DNA from: Octopus sinensis
Lineage: Eukaryota
Assembly: GCF_006345805.1 (NCBI RefSeq)
Contig: NC_042998.1
Location: 128,836,001 to 128,900,000, forward strand
DNA: 64,000 bases
Direction of reading: 5' to 3'
The first letter of the stretch is position 1, and every line of letters starts with the position of its first letter. Shown here piece after piece: positions 1-11,469 of this stretch. The notes under the pieces were generated by a model, which made no database searches, was not told the origin of the DNA, and saw only the letters and a program-made list of their open reading frames with translations. The translations under genes and the position numbers were made by a program.

Positions 1-42
1 ACGGTATATATATATATACTTTATTTAAAAGCAGCAGAAATA

Positions 43-97
43 TAACAAAAGCTGTTACTCAGAGTTTCACGCTCCCGTTCGTCGGACAGTTTTGTTA
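43..97 (-). ncRNA. Minimal type I hammerhead ribozyme fold (Penelope-like-element type), variant core CCGACGA
   Basis: Minus strand reads taacaaaactgt-CCGACGA-acg ggag cgt-GAAA-ctc t gag-TA-acagcttttgtta. This gives stem I (12 bp, 1-nt bulge), stem II (3 bp + GGAG loop), palindromic stem III and a GUA cleavage triplet, followed by AATAAA and (TA)n. Confidence 0.7.
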
Positions 98-686
98 AAT
101 TAGAACAGAAATAACAATATGTTCAAAACTAGTTAAAGGATACACCTTTAAAAATGGATTTGTTTCATTAGTCCTTTCAAATAACGGTCTTAAGCATGCG
201 ATAAACAAAATAAATACATTCAATATAAATTATAAATTATAAAAATCGAGGAAAAACCTAAAATCGAAGAGTGGATTCAAAATACATATTGTCATTAATT
301 ATATATGAATATAATTCGATTTATACATTAAAAATTAAAATATTTCACAACAGTATATACGCATACAATATACGCATCAATATACATATATACATCAAAA
401 TACACAGATACCTGTACACAGACCACATACATATGCAGACATATATATGCAAGACGTAAATATACACACAAATACACATATACATATGTATACGCAATCT
501 GCCCGCATGCAAAAATCACTTGGTGTATACATATAGACAAGTAAAACGCAGAGAGGGGGAATAAAAATAAAAATAAAAGGTAACGATCTTATAAGCAACA
601 GATAGCTAAAGAAGTGAGTAAGAGCAGGGGAGGGGCCTAAAGTTACAGGACTCTATACAAGTAACGAATAGGGGGAGAAAAATAAC

Positions 687-1189
687 GTCCATAATGCCTC
701 TTGAGCCATATCAAAATGAACAACTTTGAATTACGCGGCGGCGGTGGTGGTGGTGGTGTGAGGTTCTAATTTTTTTTCTGATCTCTCTTTGCCCCCCTAG
801 ATGGAGGTGTGGTGGGGAGACAGATGAAAGATGTTTCATTCTCTTATATATTATATATATATATTATATATATATATATATATATATTTCTTAAACCTAC
901 ACGATATAGTCTATAAATTTGGGATGTTTTTGAAAGATAATATATTTTGTCATCAGAATATATATACTTTCTCACACTACAATTAAGATATATTTATTTT
1001 AAATCGTTCATCTTTTCCCGCGACAACAAAAATTGGGCGCGAAAATTTTTCTAAATATTAGCGGAATGAACAACTGAGATAAAGAGGGGGCAAAGAGAGA
1101 TCAGAAAAAAAAATTAGAACCTCACACACCACCGCCGCCGCGTAATTCAAAGTTGTTCATTTTGATATGGCTCAAGAGGCATTATGGAC
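687..1189. repeat. Inverted repeat, ~110-bp arms (687-798 and 1085-1189)
   Basis: gtccataatgcctcttgagccatatcaaaatgaacaactttgaattacgcggcggcggtgg...gccccct is reverse-complemented at 1085-1189. Confidence 0.9.
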
Positions 1190-1469
1190 TTTTAAATGGA
1201 GATTGAGAAAATTGTTTCAATTAGAAAAGCAACATTTCTAGAAAATAGTAAATTGAAGTGTGAACACAGCACCTTACAGAGTATAAGTATATGACATTTA
1301 TTTTTAAAATTTAACTTCATTTGTTTTATATTCTAAATAATTTGCAATTTCAAAAAATATATTAATTTTGCGTTTTTTAATTTGATAAATTCTACGGAAT
1401 AATTTTGCGCGTTTTTTGATAAATTCTACGGAAAGAATTTAGTGCGAAAAATTTATACATTTATACACA

Positions 1470-1888
1470 AAGACCTGTTGAGGCAAGCGAAGTTGATATC
1501 GAACCTCATCCCACGACAGGCACCCACGCCAACCCCCTTTGCTTGCGAAGACATGTTGGGGCAAGTGTGGCACCCGGCAAATGCCAGGACCCCTGGACTG
1601 GTGGTACGTAAAAAGCACTATCCGAATCGTGGCCGATGCCAGAGCCGCCTCGACTGGCACCAATCCGACCGTGGCCGTTGCCAGCCTCTCCTGGCACCTG
1701 TGCGGGTGGCATGTAAAAAGCACCCACTACACTCTCGGAGTGGTTGGCGTTAGGAAGGGCATCCAGCTGTAGAAACATTGCCAGATAAGACTGGAGTCTG
1801 GTGCAGCCTTCTGGCTTCCCAGATCCCCGGTCGAACCGTCCAACCCATGCTGGCATGGAGAACGGACGTTAAACGATGATGATGATGA
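1470..1888 (+). mobile_element. RTE-type LINE 3' end / RTE-tail element
   Basis: Contains ggcatgtaaaaagcacc...ggaagggcatccagc...ccaacccatgc..gcatgga..acggacgttaaacgatgatgatg with a (GAT)n tail. The same tail ends the RT-bearing copies at 13478, 41848 and 58702. Confidence 0.75.
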
Positions 1889-2230
1889 GAAGAAATTAAT
1901 TCATTAAGTTTACCAAATTATATACGTCTGTAAAAAAAAAAAAAGTTTCACAAATTATATACGTTCGCGTTTGTGTAGAAAAAATTATTAACCAAGTTTT
2001 ATAAATTATTTACTTTGTTCAAAAAATATTAATATTAATTAATTTTCAAGAATTATTTAATTTATATAATTAATTCATTAATTTTATTCTATAAAATAGT
2101 AATTAATTCATTTATCTGTAAATCCGCGAGGAAAGCGACTATGTAATTTTTTTGTGTAAAATTGAAAATGTTATATATACACACACACACACACACAAAT
2201 ATTTTTAGTGAAATCCAACACCTTTTTTTT

Positions 2231-2610
2231 GGGGGGGGGGGGGGGTAACGCGCATGCGCGAATTCTGCACTGCGCATGCGCAAGTCACCTCGTAGGATCT
2301 CGAGTATCGAGTACCTACGTCTGGCGCGCGCGCGCGCGAATTCGCGTGTGCGAAACCGGGACCACGACAATAGACAAGTACCGACTTCTTTCTTTCGTTT
2401 TATCATATGTAAGATATTTAAACACGCTAAGTTTCACTTTCGAAATGGTTGGATAAATAAACGAACGCAGATTTATTTCGATTTGCCGTGCGCACACTCT
2501 CTTCACACACAAACGCACGCACGCATACATGCATGCACACACACACATACACACTCTTGTAATATGGTTGACATGGGAGATAACTCTCTCAGTATTAAGA
2601 TGCCGGAAGT
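2231..2610. promoter_or_regulatory. CpG-rich housekeeping-type promoter region (NRF1-like palindromes, ETS site)
   Basis: G15 at 2231-2245, CGCGCATGCGCG at 2249-2260, perfect TGCGCATGCGCA at 2271-2282, (GC)n at 2324-2338, CCGGAAGT at 2603-2610. Local CpG enrichment in an otherwise CpG-poor window. Confidence 0.55.
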
Positions 2611-2999
2611 GTACGAAAATTTTAGTCGCCACGTAATTAAATCTCATCACAAGAATCCAAGGAGGGAATATAAAATTCGACCGGCTTCTCACATTTGCCA
2701 TTCACTATTTTATTACTTCACACTTCTGTTATCACTTAAAACTTCTTAACGTTGATACATTTTATTCTCTTCGTCTCATTATCACCATCACTATCCCACC
2801 GACTCCACCGTGATCACAACAGACAAAACTTATCTCTCCGGACACTTAAAATTCAAAAACATTAAATCATTATTATTGACATTTGCCATTGGTAACATGG
2901 GAAGCAACTGTCAAACTTGGCAATGATTATCACTACTACTCCCAGCGAGATAAGAGTCACGACGATTGCTACGACCCCCACCAACTACAGCTATTAGTT

Positions 3000-3123
3000 T
3001 ATTTATACCTGGACAGGTTTCGGATAGCTAATGTAGCTATGTTGTTCGTCTGATGAATTACATCTCCGATAATCTCATCGAATCGTCATTGTAGATTCTT
3101 CTTCATTTCTTATTTCATAGACG
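3000..3123 (+). other. Putative non-coding first exon (start uncertain), donor ACG|GTAAGT at 3123/3124
   Basis: Consensus donor at the downstream edge of the CpG-rich region. Its link to B4GALT7 is inferred. Confidence 0.4.
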
Positions 3124-4227
3124 GTAAGTAACATTACTGTTATTTAAATTTATCAAATACTTACTTTGATGACATCACATCATAAAACAATCATCTATGG
3201 TTATATGCTATTTTACATGTAATTCTGGTTTGATTTAAGAAAAAAAAAAAAGAATTTAATATTTTTTTCACGTATTAAGACGTACTAGCAGCATTTTTGA
3301 TTTAAATGGATGAGATGACATTATATTGATACCACCACTACACAGAATATTTATTTCGTGTTTGTTTATAATTTAAAGTTTTCCTCACGTGTACACGCAC
3401 AAGCAACTTGTCGCATATTTCGTGCCAGTACTTGACTTACCAATATACTTATTTACACCTATATTGCAATGTGTTTGTGCGCCTTTATAATCTACTAGTT
3501 TGATTTCGAGACAAAAAAAATAGAATGAAAAAATAACGTGTATGTGTAATACATGTCTTACTTAGTTTCAATCATTGGATTGAACCTCATTGAAGTTATT
3601 TAAGTCTATCACATCAACTCCAGGACCTATTTCAACCTTGTACATTTTATAGAGATCTGTTTGTCGAACCGCTACTCTCCAGGGCATGAGGAACACAATA
3701 TAAACAATACCAGTATTTAGACCGGTGTGACCATAAACACGAACACTCACATATATACGATGGCGTTATAGTGCATGCATATTTGACTGAAGGTGTTATA
3801 AACAATTACATTACTAGAATGTAGGTGTTTATAACACCCTCAGTCATATCTAATGACGGTTATAGTTCTTGTTAGTACACGTTTGCCTACTGCTCCTTAA
3901 TAAATTTTATATATAAATATATGTATATATATATATATATATATAATATATATATATATATACATACATATTTATATACACTTCATGTATGTAAATATGT
4001 AAGTCGTCTAAGAGTCCACAAGTCAGAAAAAAGCGCACTCGTATATCTGTCACTAGAATGGGTATATTATTTGAAGTGTACTGTATTATAGATCTGCCGT
4101 AATGGATATATATTACTGTACACTTTGAATAATATATATATATATATTTCCTTTCTTGAGCGTCCAATAACACTATACTTGTTCCACGTGCTCGCGTTGT
4201 TGTGTTTTCTCTTTGTTCATGTTTGGA

Positions 4228-4258
<31 letters not shown>

Positions 4259-5408
4259 CATACACACACACATATACACATACATACAAGGCGTTTCTGC
4301 CCAAAAGCTGTGGCCGTGCTGCCCATCGGTACATAAGCAAAATATATGTTCACACATACATACTGTGACGTTGCATGGGGGTCTTTGTGCAGTAGCCAAA
4401 TTGGCCCGCCCTTCCTTAAACTTAGCATACCTTCCACAACAGCAAACGTGCTTATCTAAAGCGACTACCGAGTGCAGTCCTCATAACCCATTGTATGTGT
4501 GTCTAAAATGTACGTGTATATATGTATGTGTGTTTTTTGTTAAATATTTGTTTACATAGGTTGCTGTAGAAATTTATTGATTTCATATTTTTTTTAGTTG
4601 TAGCGCACCTGACCACTGTATACAACACTTTCTTTCATTATATCAAATACATCTCTGCAGTGCTTGGGGTGTTCCTCCTATTCTCTAAACTGAGAAGTAT
4701 GCCTTGCTGTCGTTAATATAATTATATTCTATATATAGCCTTGGTATATAAATGCATTACCCTTTCCCTTACTCAGTGACATGCCGATAATATACATTGC
4801 TAGTTAAACACACACACACACTCCTTGTTACTCCTATGAAACTTCCTTAATTCTTAACTTAATCTCTTTCATTATTTAACCCTCTCCAATTGTTGTCCTT
4901 GAGCCAAAACTGGAAACCATAAATTTTTTACCAACTTCTTGCAATTAATTACCACTATAACTCAGCTTCTCTTATTGCTGACAGCCTTTTTATGCATCTG
5001 CTCCAGACTGTTAAAGCTGCCTGGCAGAAGATGCAGTGGGACCACAAGGAGATTAACTGAAGAGGGACTCTATTAGCAAATAGCTTCACACAAGTTGTTA
5101 GCAGTGAAAACACTTGTGAAATAAATTTTTGCAGCTATTTGGAAGACTCTGTAAGAATAGTTGGTAGTTCCTTCAGCCTTGGTTCCCTATTTAGAAATTG
5201 AGACGGGTGTTGTGAAAGCGATCTAGTTAGAGAGTTGTTGCTCTTTGTCAAATAAACTAGTGGGGAAATAGTGAATAGCCAAAATTTCAGCACCTTCTCA
5301 TCATTTTACATGAGTTGAATGAATTTTTCTGAAACTATTTCATGACCCTGCCTATTGTCAATCCCTTTTTCTCATGTTTTGTGGCACCCAAGGACATGTA
5401 TCTATTCT

Positions 5409-5464
<56 letters not shown>

Positions 5465-5474
5465 CAAAGATGTA

Positions 5475-5777
5475 CTTGCATAGCAAGTGACCTGATCTAA
5501 GATCGTGTGCTGGAACAAAAACAATTGCAGCGTGGAAGCTGTTTATAAGCCAGTTAAGAAACACACAAAATCTGTTAGATTCACTTCAACATTTAAATTT
5601 AATTTGTCAAAATATTTTCATCACTTTTATGAAGCACGGAATTTTGTCAGCGAACAGATCACAGTCTCAAAGCGACGAAAATATTTTGACAAATTAAATT
5701 TAAATGTTGAAGTGAATCTAACGGATTTTGTGTGTTTCTTAAATGGCTTATAAACACCTTCCACGCTGCAATTGTTT
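5475..5777. mobile_element. Foldback MITE-like element (~100-bp inverted arms 5521-5619 / 5676-5777), right end cut by a SINE
   Basis: acaattgcagcgtggaag...gtcaaaatattttc is mirrored by gaaaatattttgac...cttccacgctgcaattgt. Confidence 0.75.
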
Positions 5778-5786
5778 ATATATATA

Positions 5787-6140
5787 GGCGCAGGAGTGGC
5801 TGTGTGGTAGGTAACTTGCTTACCAACCACATGGTTCTGGGTTCAGTCCCACTGCGTGGCACCTTGGGCAAGTGTCTTCTACTATAGCCTCGGGCCGACC
5901 AAAGCCTTGTGAGTGGATTTGGTAGATGGAAACTGTTTGTGTGTCTGTGTTTGTCCCCCTAGCATTGCTTGACAACCAATGCTGGTGTATATATGTCCCT
6001 GTCACTTAGCGGTTCGGCAAAAGAGATCGATAGAATAAGTACTAGGCTTACAAAGAATAAGTCCCGGGTCGAGTTGCTCGACTAAAGGCGGTGCTCCAGC
6101 ATGGCCGCAGTCAAATGACTGAAACGAGTAAAAGAGTAAA
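5787..6140 (+). mobile_element. tRNA-derived SINE family A (full length)
   Basis: Head ggcgcaggagtggctgtgtgg (A box) and ggttcagtccc (B box), internal (TG)n, tail cagtcaaatgactgaaac..taaaagagt. More than 15 copies or fragments in the window. Confidence 0.85.
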
Positions 6141-7149
6141 GAGAGAGAGTATATATATATATATGTGTGTGTGTGTGTTTTGTGTATTTTTTCCTGTGTA
6201 TTTATAAGAACAAGGTTTACAAGTAAAAAAAATGTGCTTAATAATTTTGGAACTAGTGTATGTTGTCTTGGTTAGATAAGTGTATTACAGGGTTACTCCT
6301 TCACTGAACTTAATAATCTTTATCATTTGTATATTCTCAACCCCCTCAATAAAAAAAGAAAAAGAAAGAAAAAATTACTCAGTTTCATATCACCACTTGA
6401 TCCTTGGGTTTTTCTTTAGCAGAGTTGTGAGAATTCAGACTAGGCCACCTGGTTTGAAGATACATTTCTCCCTCCCTTCCACAAGTCACAAGCACTCTCT
6501 TATGGGTCATGGAAACTGCTTTTCCTTCCTGTGTAAAGTATATATAACAAGAACTTCCTGAAGTGTCCATGTCCTTTTAGACTGGTGGGAAACATTAGCC
6601 TCAAACTGAAGTCCTAGTCTAAAATTTTGTAACTGATTGAACTCTACTTCAGGTACCCAAGGAGCAGGTGAAATTAAGCCTCTTTACATTTAGGTAGTGA
6701 ATTTGTTTCAGCTTTCTGTGCTCTGAATTCAAATCCTGACCTGGGGCTGATATAATAAAACACCTGTTCAGTATGTACATAAATTGGTGGAATTAAGAGC
6801 CTTGAACAAGTTTGTTTTGCTGTATTTGTTCTGGCTTTTTATGTTCTGAGTTCTTAGTGGATTTAAACTGTCACCCAGCTTAATTCTTCCAACTGCTCTT
6901 TAGGTACCTTTTAATAATGCTTGCTCTGTTGCAAATATTCCAGTCAGTTCTTCAGTCTGAAGGTAACTTCTGCTCCACTGTTTTACCTGAGGATCTGCAA
7001 GAGTGAAAAGTGGCATGGATGCTGCTTTGCCCCTTGACATAAGTTGTAAAAAACAAATGTGGCTACGTGGTTAGAAGCTTGTTTCCCAACCTTGGGCTGA
7101 CCAAAGCCTTGTGAGTGGTTTTGGTAGACAGTAAATGAAAGAAGTCCAT

Positions 7150-7480
7150 TGACACGTAAAAGCACCAACCGATCATGGCCGTTTGCCAGCCTCCTCTGGC
7201 CCCTGTGCTGGTGGCACGTAAAAAGCACCCACTAAACTCATGGAGTGGTTGGCATTAGGAAGGGCATCCAGTTGTAGAAACACTGTCAGATCAGACTGGA
7301 GCTTGGTGCAGCCTTGTGGCTTCCCAGACCCTGGTCGAACTGTCCAACCCATGCTAGCATGGAAAATGGACGTTAAACGATGATGATGATATCATCATCA
7401 TCATCGTTTAACGTCCATTTTCCATGCTAGCATGGGTTGGACAATTTGACTGAGAACTGGCGAACCAGATGGCTGCTCGA
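7150..7480. mobile_element. Two RTE-tail elements tail-to-tail (+ 7150-7390, - 7391-7480)
   Basis: The tails join at gatgatgat|atcatcatc, forming a palindrome at 7341-7443. Confidence 0.8.
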
Positions 7481-8447
7481 ATGTTTTTTCTCTTTTGCTC
7501 CTTAGTATTTCAAGATATATAAGTTAAAATGAGATGTCTTTGTTATTTCCATTTTTGCATAATTTAGACGACAATATATTTACTGCACCCTGTATATATA
7601 TGTAAATATATATATATATATATATATGACAAGAAATAATTTTTGTCCCTTTTTATGGAAACAAAAGGACTGCAAAAAAGAAGTGCTCAAATGTAAATGA
7701 GACAAAAATAAAGAAACATTAATCATAGAACAAACATCAAATTCGAGTCAACGACTTTATATATAACACCATATATATGATCAAATGTTTGAAGTATGGT
7801 GTTATATTGAAATTTGTTGTCTTGGATTTGATATTTGTTCTATGACTAACGTTTCTTGATATATATTCATGTGGCTCAGAGGGGAGAGAGGGGGAACTCT
7901 TATGGAATATCCCCTACTCTTTCCTCTGCAGCACTTATACTCCCTGCCACTGTTCCTTGCAGGTGGGTCTCAGTGCATCGCCAACACCATCTATTTCTTT
8001 CTCTCACACACTCTGATGTCTCTCTGCCTTTCTCTCTAACTCTATCTCTCCTTGTTTTTCCTACTGGGGTAGCCAAGTATGTTCTTTATAGTAAGACACT
8101 TATCTCTGTCCCTGTATTTATTATACTCTCACCTGGTACAAAGCTACTCCCCTTGATTCTACTCCCTCTCCCAGGTCTTTCTCTTGCAATTTACTTGGCA
8201 ACCCCATTGTGTTGGTGCCATGTAAAAAGTACCAGTGCTAATGTCACATAAAAAAAACAACAACCCAGTACACTCTGTAAGGTCATTGGCATTATGAAGG
8301 GCATCCAGCCATAAAACCTGTGCCAAAGCAGATAATGGTGCTATTGCAGCTCTCTCTGGTTTGCCAGCTCTTGTTAAACCATCCAACCCATGCCAGCATG
8401 GGAAACAGATGTTAAATAATGATACCTGTGTGTGAGATATACATCTA

Positions 8448-8550
8448 TCTGTCTGTCTGTCTGTCTGTCTGCCTGCCTGTCTGCCTGCCTGTCTGTCTGT
8501 TTGTCTGTCTGTCTGCCTGTCTGTTTGTCTGTCTGTTTATCTGTCTGTCC
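8448..8550. repeat. (TGTC/TGCC)n microsatellite
   Basis: Direct reading. Confidence 0.9.
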
Positions 8551-8574
8551 ATCTGTCCGTCTATCTATCTATAA

Positions 8575-8921
8575 AGGGTAAAGACCCCCTTCAGTCATGA
8601 GTGATCATGGGATTATACCTAGAAAGTTCCCCTCCGAGGCACAAGTCCGGGCAAGGTTGTTTGTGGAAGACCAGCAGTCTCCCATGTACATCAGCCCCCC
8701 CCCTCTCTCCATGCCACCTATGTTATCTAAAGGAAAGGCAAAGACCGATACAGCTTGGCACCAGTGACGTTGCAACTCATTTCTACAGCTGAGCGAACTG
8801 GAGTGGCATGAAATAGTGTCTTGCTGTCTTGCTCAAGAACACAACACACAGTCTGGTCTTGGAATTGAACCGACTACCTTGTGATTGTGAGCCTGATGCT
8901 CTAACCACTGAGTCATGCGCC
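8575..8921 (-). mobile_element. tRNA-derived SINE family E
   Basis: tRNA-like head on the minus strand (ggcgcatgactcagtggttagagc). Other copies at 26425-26748 (-), 43706-43975 (+) and 58386-58665 (-). Confidence 0.75.
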
Positions 8922-9366
8922 TTCATACACACATATATATATATCCCTTTGTTTGTTCATTTTATATCTGTTTTTTTTTCTTTCTTTCCTTGTATGGGTT
9001 GGGTCGAATACTATTTTATTTACAGCTGAATGCTTTTTCTGTAACCTACTCTTGTTTGTTTCTCATGTAAAAGTTTTATTCTATTTTATGTTTATTCGAA
9101 AATGCAGAGCTACAAGAGAATTTAATTTTATGTCAGCAAAGTGTCACTGTTTTTAACTTTGCTGAAATGGTATCATGCGAGGTGCAGAATGTAAACATTT
9201 ACACACATACACAGAAACACACACAATGAACTTCCATGCATTTTCCAGTTGTAATTTCCATTCATGAAGCTCCCATTGCCTCAAGGATAAAGTTGAAGAC
9301 ACTTGGCCAAAGTACCACATAAATATGAAGTGAACTTACCCCACACAACCTTTGTGTGTGTGTGTG

Positions 9367-9433
<67 letters not shown>

Positions 9434-9720
9434 GGAGGCGCAATGGCCCAGTGGTTAGGGCAGCGGACTCGCGGTTTCGATTCCCAGACTGGGCGTTGTG
9501 AGTGTTTATTGAGCGAAAACACCTAAAGCTCCACGAGGATCCGGCAGAGTGGTGGTGGCGATCCCTGCTGTACTCTTTCACCACAACTTTCTCTCACTCT
9601 TTCTACTGTTGGCCTGCTTGCTTAGCCAGCGGGGCGGCGTCATTTGAAGGCTAAAACAATGCGAAGCGCATTGTGACCAGCGATGTCTAACAACATCTGA
9701 TAGCCTGGTCGGTCACGGTG

Positions 9721-9722
<2 letters not shown>
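9434..9722 (+). mobile_element. tRNA-derived SINE family F
   Basis: Head ggaggcgcaatggcccagtggttagggcagcgg...ggtttcgattcc has A/B boxes. Flanked by (TA)n. Confidence 0.65.
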
Positions 9723-9751
<29 letters not shown>

Positions 9752-10737
9752 TTAAGATTCAGTTGAATTAGGTACTTAAATTGAGGCACCTTACCAGTTC
9801 AGTATAGTCTGCACAGCTCCAAGTTAGGTGAACAAAATATAAATAAGTAAATGTTCGAATGGTGCTTTTTCTACATGCCATGATTGTTTATTTCTAGAAT
9901 AATACTGTAAGGTAAGTGTGAGAGGCCAGATCTGGTTAGTCTGAACATAAAACTGGTAGAATATTTTGGTTGGATATGGCCAGTTTAGTAAAGGGTTAAA
10001 GTGACTTAAATCAAAACTCTCTGTTGTCTTTATGGTATGCATATGAGGCTGCATTTGAATGATGCAACAACACTCACCTTAGAAACATTTAATAGGAACA
10101 TCTAATTTCACTGTACAAGCAATATTCAGGTTGGCCATGAATTAGGAAATCTCTATGAGTCAACACAATTGAAAGAATAATTCTGCACAATTTATAAATA
10201 GTTGATTACAAAAGGTCAATACTGAAGCTTGCCATGACAGGAGAAAATATATACATTAGATAGATATTTGCCAACTACAATAGCATATCCTGGTTGAGCA
10301 GGAATCATTAAAATGACAATCATAAATGGCAAGTGAGTGTCTGAAGCAGGATCATGGGTTGCCACACACTGAAGGGTGGTGCTAAAACCAAACCTTTATA
10401 TAACCCTTGTACCACGATGTTCCAGAATGATTTAGGATGATCTATCACATGTAGTCTGGTTGCTGATTGGTCCAATAACTTGATCACTCATGTGAACAAG
10501 GTTGTGCTATGTTTTGACTTAAACTTTACAATCTGGTAACTCGGTTTTGAGTCTTGTTACGCTTGCATTAAAATTCTGTTAATTTATGTTACAAATACCA
10601 ACTTAATGATGACAGTTATTTTTCTAAATTTTTCATTATTTTCTAAATTGAAACAAGCACATTGCATTTCAACAGAAGTATAGTAAGAAAAAGTTTAAAT
10701 ATTTCTATTTTGTACTATCTATGGTGGTACATATTCT

Positions 10738-10787
10738 TGGCCCCTGCACAAGGATGACATGCAAATTTGTGAAGCATTCCGTATTTT
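10738..10787 (+). pseudogene. 5'-truncated U6 snRNA pseudogene (3' 50 nt)
   Basis: tggcccctgcacaaggatgacatgcaaatttgtgaagcattccgtatttt vs the U6 3' end TGGCCCCTGCGCAAGGATGACACGCAAATTCGTGAAGCGTTCCATATTTT: 45/50 identical, and 4 of the 5 changes are CpG transitions. Confidence 0.9.
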
Positions 10788-10792
10788 CCATA

Positions 10793-11165
10793 GGCGCAGG
10801 AGTGGCTATGTGGTAAGTAGCTTGTTTACAAACCACATAGTTCTGGGTTCAGTCCCACTGCGTGGCACTTTGGGCCAGTGTCTTCTGCTATAGCCTCGGG
10901 CTGACCAAAAGCCTTGTGAGTAGATTTGATAGACGGAAACTGAAAGAAGCCTGTCGTATATATGTGTGTGTGTGTTTGTCTCCACAACATCACTTAACAA
11001 TCGATGCTGGTGTGTTTACATCCTCGTAACTTAGTGGTTTGGCAAAAGAGAACAATAGAATAAGTACCAGGCACACAAAAGAATAAGTTCTGGCGTCAAT
11101 TTGCTCGACTAAAGGCGGTGCTCCAGCATGGCTGCAGTCAAATGACTGAAACAACTAAACGAATA
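10793..11165 (+). mobile_element. SINE family A directly downstream of the U6 fragment
   Basis: Full head to tail. Starts 5 nt after the U6 3' end. Confidence 0.85.
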
Positions 11166-11469
11166 ACAGAATAGAATATAACTCACATAATCATGTTCTT
11201 TTTTTGTTTCAGCCATAAATGTATTAAATGCCTATATCAGCTTTGTCATCTTTATTGCATATATATAGACGGGAGACAATGATCTTGAAGTCTTGTTGCT
11301 TTTCCCATATCACTTGGGTTACATTGCAGTTAACCTTTCTCATAACTTTTGAAGATAATCATTCGAATTGTGTCAGCATGTGTAAGATTAGAAACCTCAG
11401 CAAAATATTTGTTTGTTGCTCTTTAATCTAAAGTAGACTAATGTTTTAAGTGAGGTGGGGGGTCTCTGT

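Noticed and set aside
948-956. Other CTGATGA motifs (minus 948-956; plus ~3048, ~15830)
   Set aside because: No stem II/GAAA/stem III geometry follows, so they are not hammerheads.
2276-2749. 157-aa and overlapping ORFs in the CpG-rich region
   Set aside because: They run through (GC)n and (CA)n tracts, have no recognisable domain, and are typical promoter-region chance ORFs.
5787-5860. tRNA-like sequences at SINE heads
   Set aside because: A/B boxes are present but there is no full cloverleaf, and they continue into SINE bodies. Not tRNA genes.
10079-10183. Minus-strand exon candidate with a perfect AG|GTGAGT donor
   Set aside because: Stops in all three frames and no partner exons found.
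11213-11381. Candidate cassette exons (also ~9109-9170, 25796-25809, 46762-46845)
   Set aside because: Plausible AG/GT boundaries but weak donors and/or stops in all frames. They cannot be supported without RNA data.
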